Part shown: piece by piece, positions 61,946-64,000 of the stretch | Numbering within the stretch: the stretch's first letter is position 1 | Layout of the letters: each line of letters begins with the position of its first letter | NCBI GenBank assembly: GCA_024679065.1 | Contig: JAGIQG010000001.1 | Location: 70,866,001 to 70,930,000, forward strand | DNA: 64,000 bases | Direction: 5' to 3' | Source of the DNA: Sphyrna mokarran | Lineage: Eukaryota | Program-made: the position numbers and the translations under genes | The notes under the pieces: generated by a model | Told to the model about the DNA's origin: nothing | Database searches by the model: none | Seen by the model: only the letters and a program-made list of their open reading frames with translations

Positions 61946-63109
61946 AACATTGTGTAATAGGCATAAAGTTCTGATCCCCCTGGTGACATGTAAAGCTTAT
62001 ATTTTCTGCTCTGGACAAGCCTGCTGCAAATAAAAGCTGTGGCTGAAAACAGTTAAAATAAGCAACCCCAAAAACCAGCAACTCAAAAAAGGCCCTAATA
62101 TATGTAAATGAATACTTTGCATGTTTTATGAGCTTTTTAAGTTAATTGTATATTTATATAACATTCCTTGAGTTTTAAACTTTCTTTATTAGTGTTACAA
62201 GTAAGCTTACATGAACAGTACCGTAAAAGTCACTATGAATGTCCTCTAGTCGTCGCGGTGTTGCATTTGATTTTAAAAAAATCAGTACATGAAAAACTGG
62301 AAAAAATATATAATTCATGGTGCCACAACATTGATGATGCATTTTAAGGGAAGTTAAAAGCATGCAATCTGGAAGATTATGAATGCTTATATCAATACAT
62401 AGTGCATTCTAGTTGAATTAAAGCATGTTTGTACTTTATGATTTATAATGTTTAAAATACCAGAAGGAAAATCAAGATGATTTAAAAGACCAACCAGAAC
62501 ATCATCCATTTCTATGTATAGTTCTACATTAGTTCTAACTCTTCCAGACACGGGCAGGGTGGGGCGAGAAACAACTGTCTGTTTTTGTGGTCCTACGTGG
62601 GTGGCCAAAATCAAATTCAACAGTGTGCCACAAAAGCAGGTCAGGAGCCTCTGTATGTCTGTGAGAAGAGGATGTCTTGTCTTGCCTGAGCAGCCTGGAG
62701 AGCCTGTGGGGGAGCACCATTGAACCGTAGAGCCAGACAGGATGGTCCTTCTGCGGCCTGCCACATAATCGGCTGATTATCAGTGAATTACGTTCACAAA
62801 TCTCCCTCCCCAGTCCCCTCCTGCCCCTCCCCAACCCACCTGCCATGCCCAAGCAGCAGCTGCTCTTGCTTCTGACCTCAGCATGGGAATCATGAGACCT
62901 GCTGCAATATTCTGCCAGTTAAGTCTATTTCCCTCCCACAAATGCTGCTAGGACCTTCTGAACACTTCCAGCAGCTTCTGCATTATTTCAAAGACGGTAA
63001 TCTGATTCTGCCAGAAAATTAAACAGAATCTGAGGGAAATTGATTCTTCCGTGTTTCACAACTGCTTATCTCTCCCCTGTCTGTGCTGCTCCTTCTTTGC
63101 CTCCCCTTA

Positions 63110-63390
63110 AACATCGGGGCCAATAGAAGTCGTGCAGTAGTGAGGTCTCTAATTGAGCAAACTGTTGGTATTCTCCAACAACATTTCCACTGTCTGGACG
63201 GCTGGACAGTATTTCTTCAGTGAAATTCAGAGCAAGTGTCAAGATTCATTATCACGTGTTGCATACACTAGAAACTCGCTATACAAAGGGAAATTGCTTG
63301 GAGCTGCATGAATGGAAGAAGAAAAGGAAGATGACAAAGATGACAAGGACCGGGATGATGCAGAACAAGAGCACAATCCAGCAGTGAAGT
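63110..63390 (+). pseudogene. Harbinger transposase C-terminal remnant
   Basis: RSLIEQTVGILQQHFHCLDG..LQ*NSEQVSRFIITCCIH*KLAIQR followed by an acidic EEEKEDDKDD tail. Confidence 0.75.
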
Positions 63391-64000
63391 GAGTTGCTGG
63401 AGCTGGATCCTCCATTCCAGAACTTCACCATTCTCTCCTTCCATCTGTAACGCTCTCCATTTCAGTGTCCTTAAGGAGTATAACTTGTATATCCCATCAC
63501 AAAGATTATGAAGATCAATAACTAAACCAAATGAAACATTTTTACTTCCAATGTGCTTCATTCTTGATTTCTAGATGTGTGATTGCTACATGTCTCCTGA
63601 CTGCCTGATGTTTTTCTTTCTCCCCGCTGGGTCCACTCACTGATTAGAAACAAGTGAAAAATTGTACAAGTGGTAAGACTAACAGTAGGCATTTTATCTG
63701 ATTCTCATCACTTTTAGCTCATTCCTCTATGGCTGTTAACTTAACAGCCGACAAAAAGTATAACCATTAATGCTTTATACTTGATTTGCTTCCTTTAACT
63801 TCACAAGTGTCAGTAAATCTGTGCTGGTCATGCAAATTCAGGAGCACCAGTGGTGATATCTTTTGAGGTGCACAATATGTAGAAGGCAAGATGTAATGAA
63901 CCACTAATGAATGTTCAGTCACAAAAGGTCAGAGCCGTCACATCACATACAATATAAGCTCAGTGAAGGCATTGAGAGACTATTACAATTGGCTGATGTG

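Noticed and set aside
63283-63432. Minus-strand 50-aa ORF with a hydrophobic, transmembrane-like stretch (WIVLLFCIIPVLVIFVIFLFFF)
   Set aside because: It is the antisense shadow of the acidic GA-rich tail of the + strand Harbinger transposase remnant

Overview
Repeat-dense, gene-poor vertebrate genomic DNA. The repeat repertoire (HE1/V-SINEs with CR1-type tails, DeuSINE, CR1, L2, Rex1/Babar, RTE, Penelope-like elements, Gypsy remnants, many PIF/Harbinger copies) points to a cartilaginous fish, most likely a shark; this is inferred from recognised repeat families, not from a search. I found no confidently identifiable host gene. Nearly all recognisable ORFs are decayed transposon fragments. 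Best-supported structures: (1) a near-complete two-gene Harbinger transposon at 36165-42902, with 16-bp TIRs, a spliced Myb/SANT partner gene on +, a DDE transposase on -, and three nested CR1s in an intron; (2) a pile of three more Harbinger remnants at 13.8-19.1 kb; (3) Penelope-like termini carrying hammerhead-ribozyme cores, one as a compact inverted-repeat insertion with a 16-bp target duplication; (4) a recurring set of short local templated duplications, inverted and direct, resembling template-switch or repair scars. I see no convincing evidence of a wholly new functional system; the findings are ranked hypotheses. Boundaries are by eye and approximate (tens of bp) unless a TSD or TIR is quoted.
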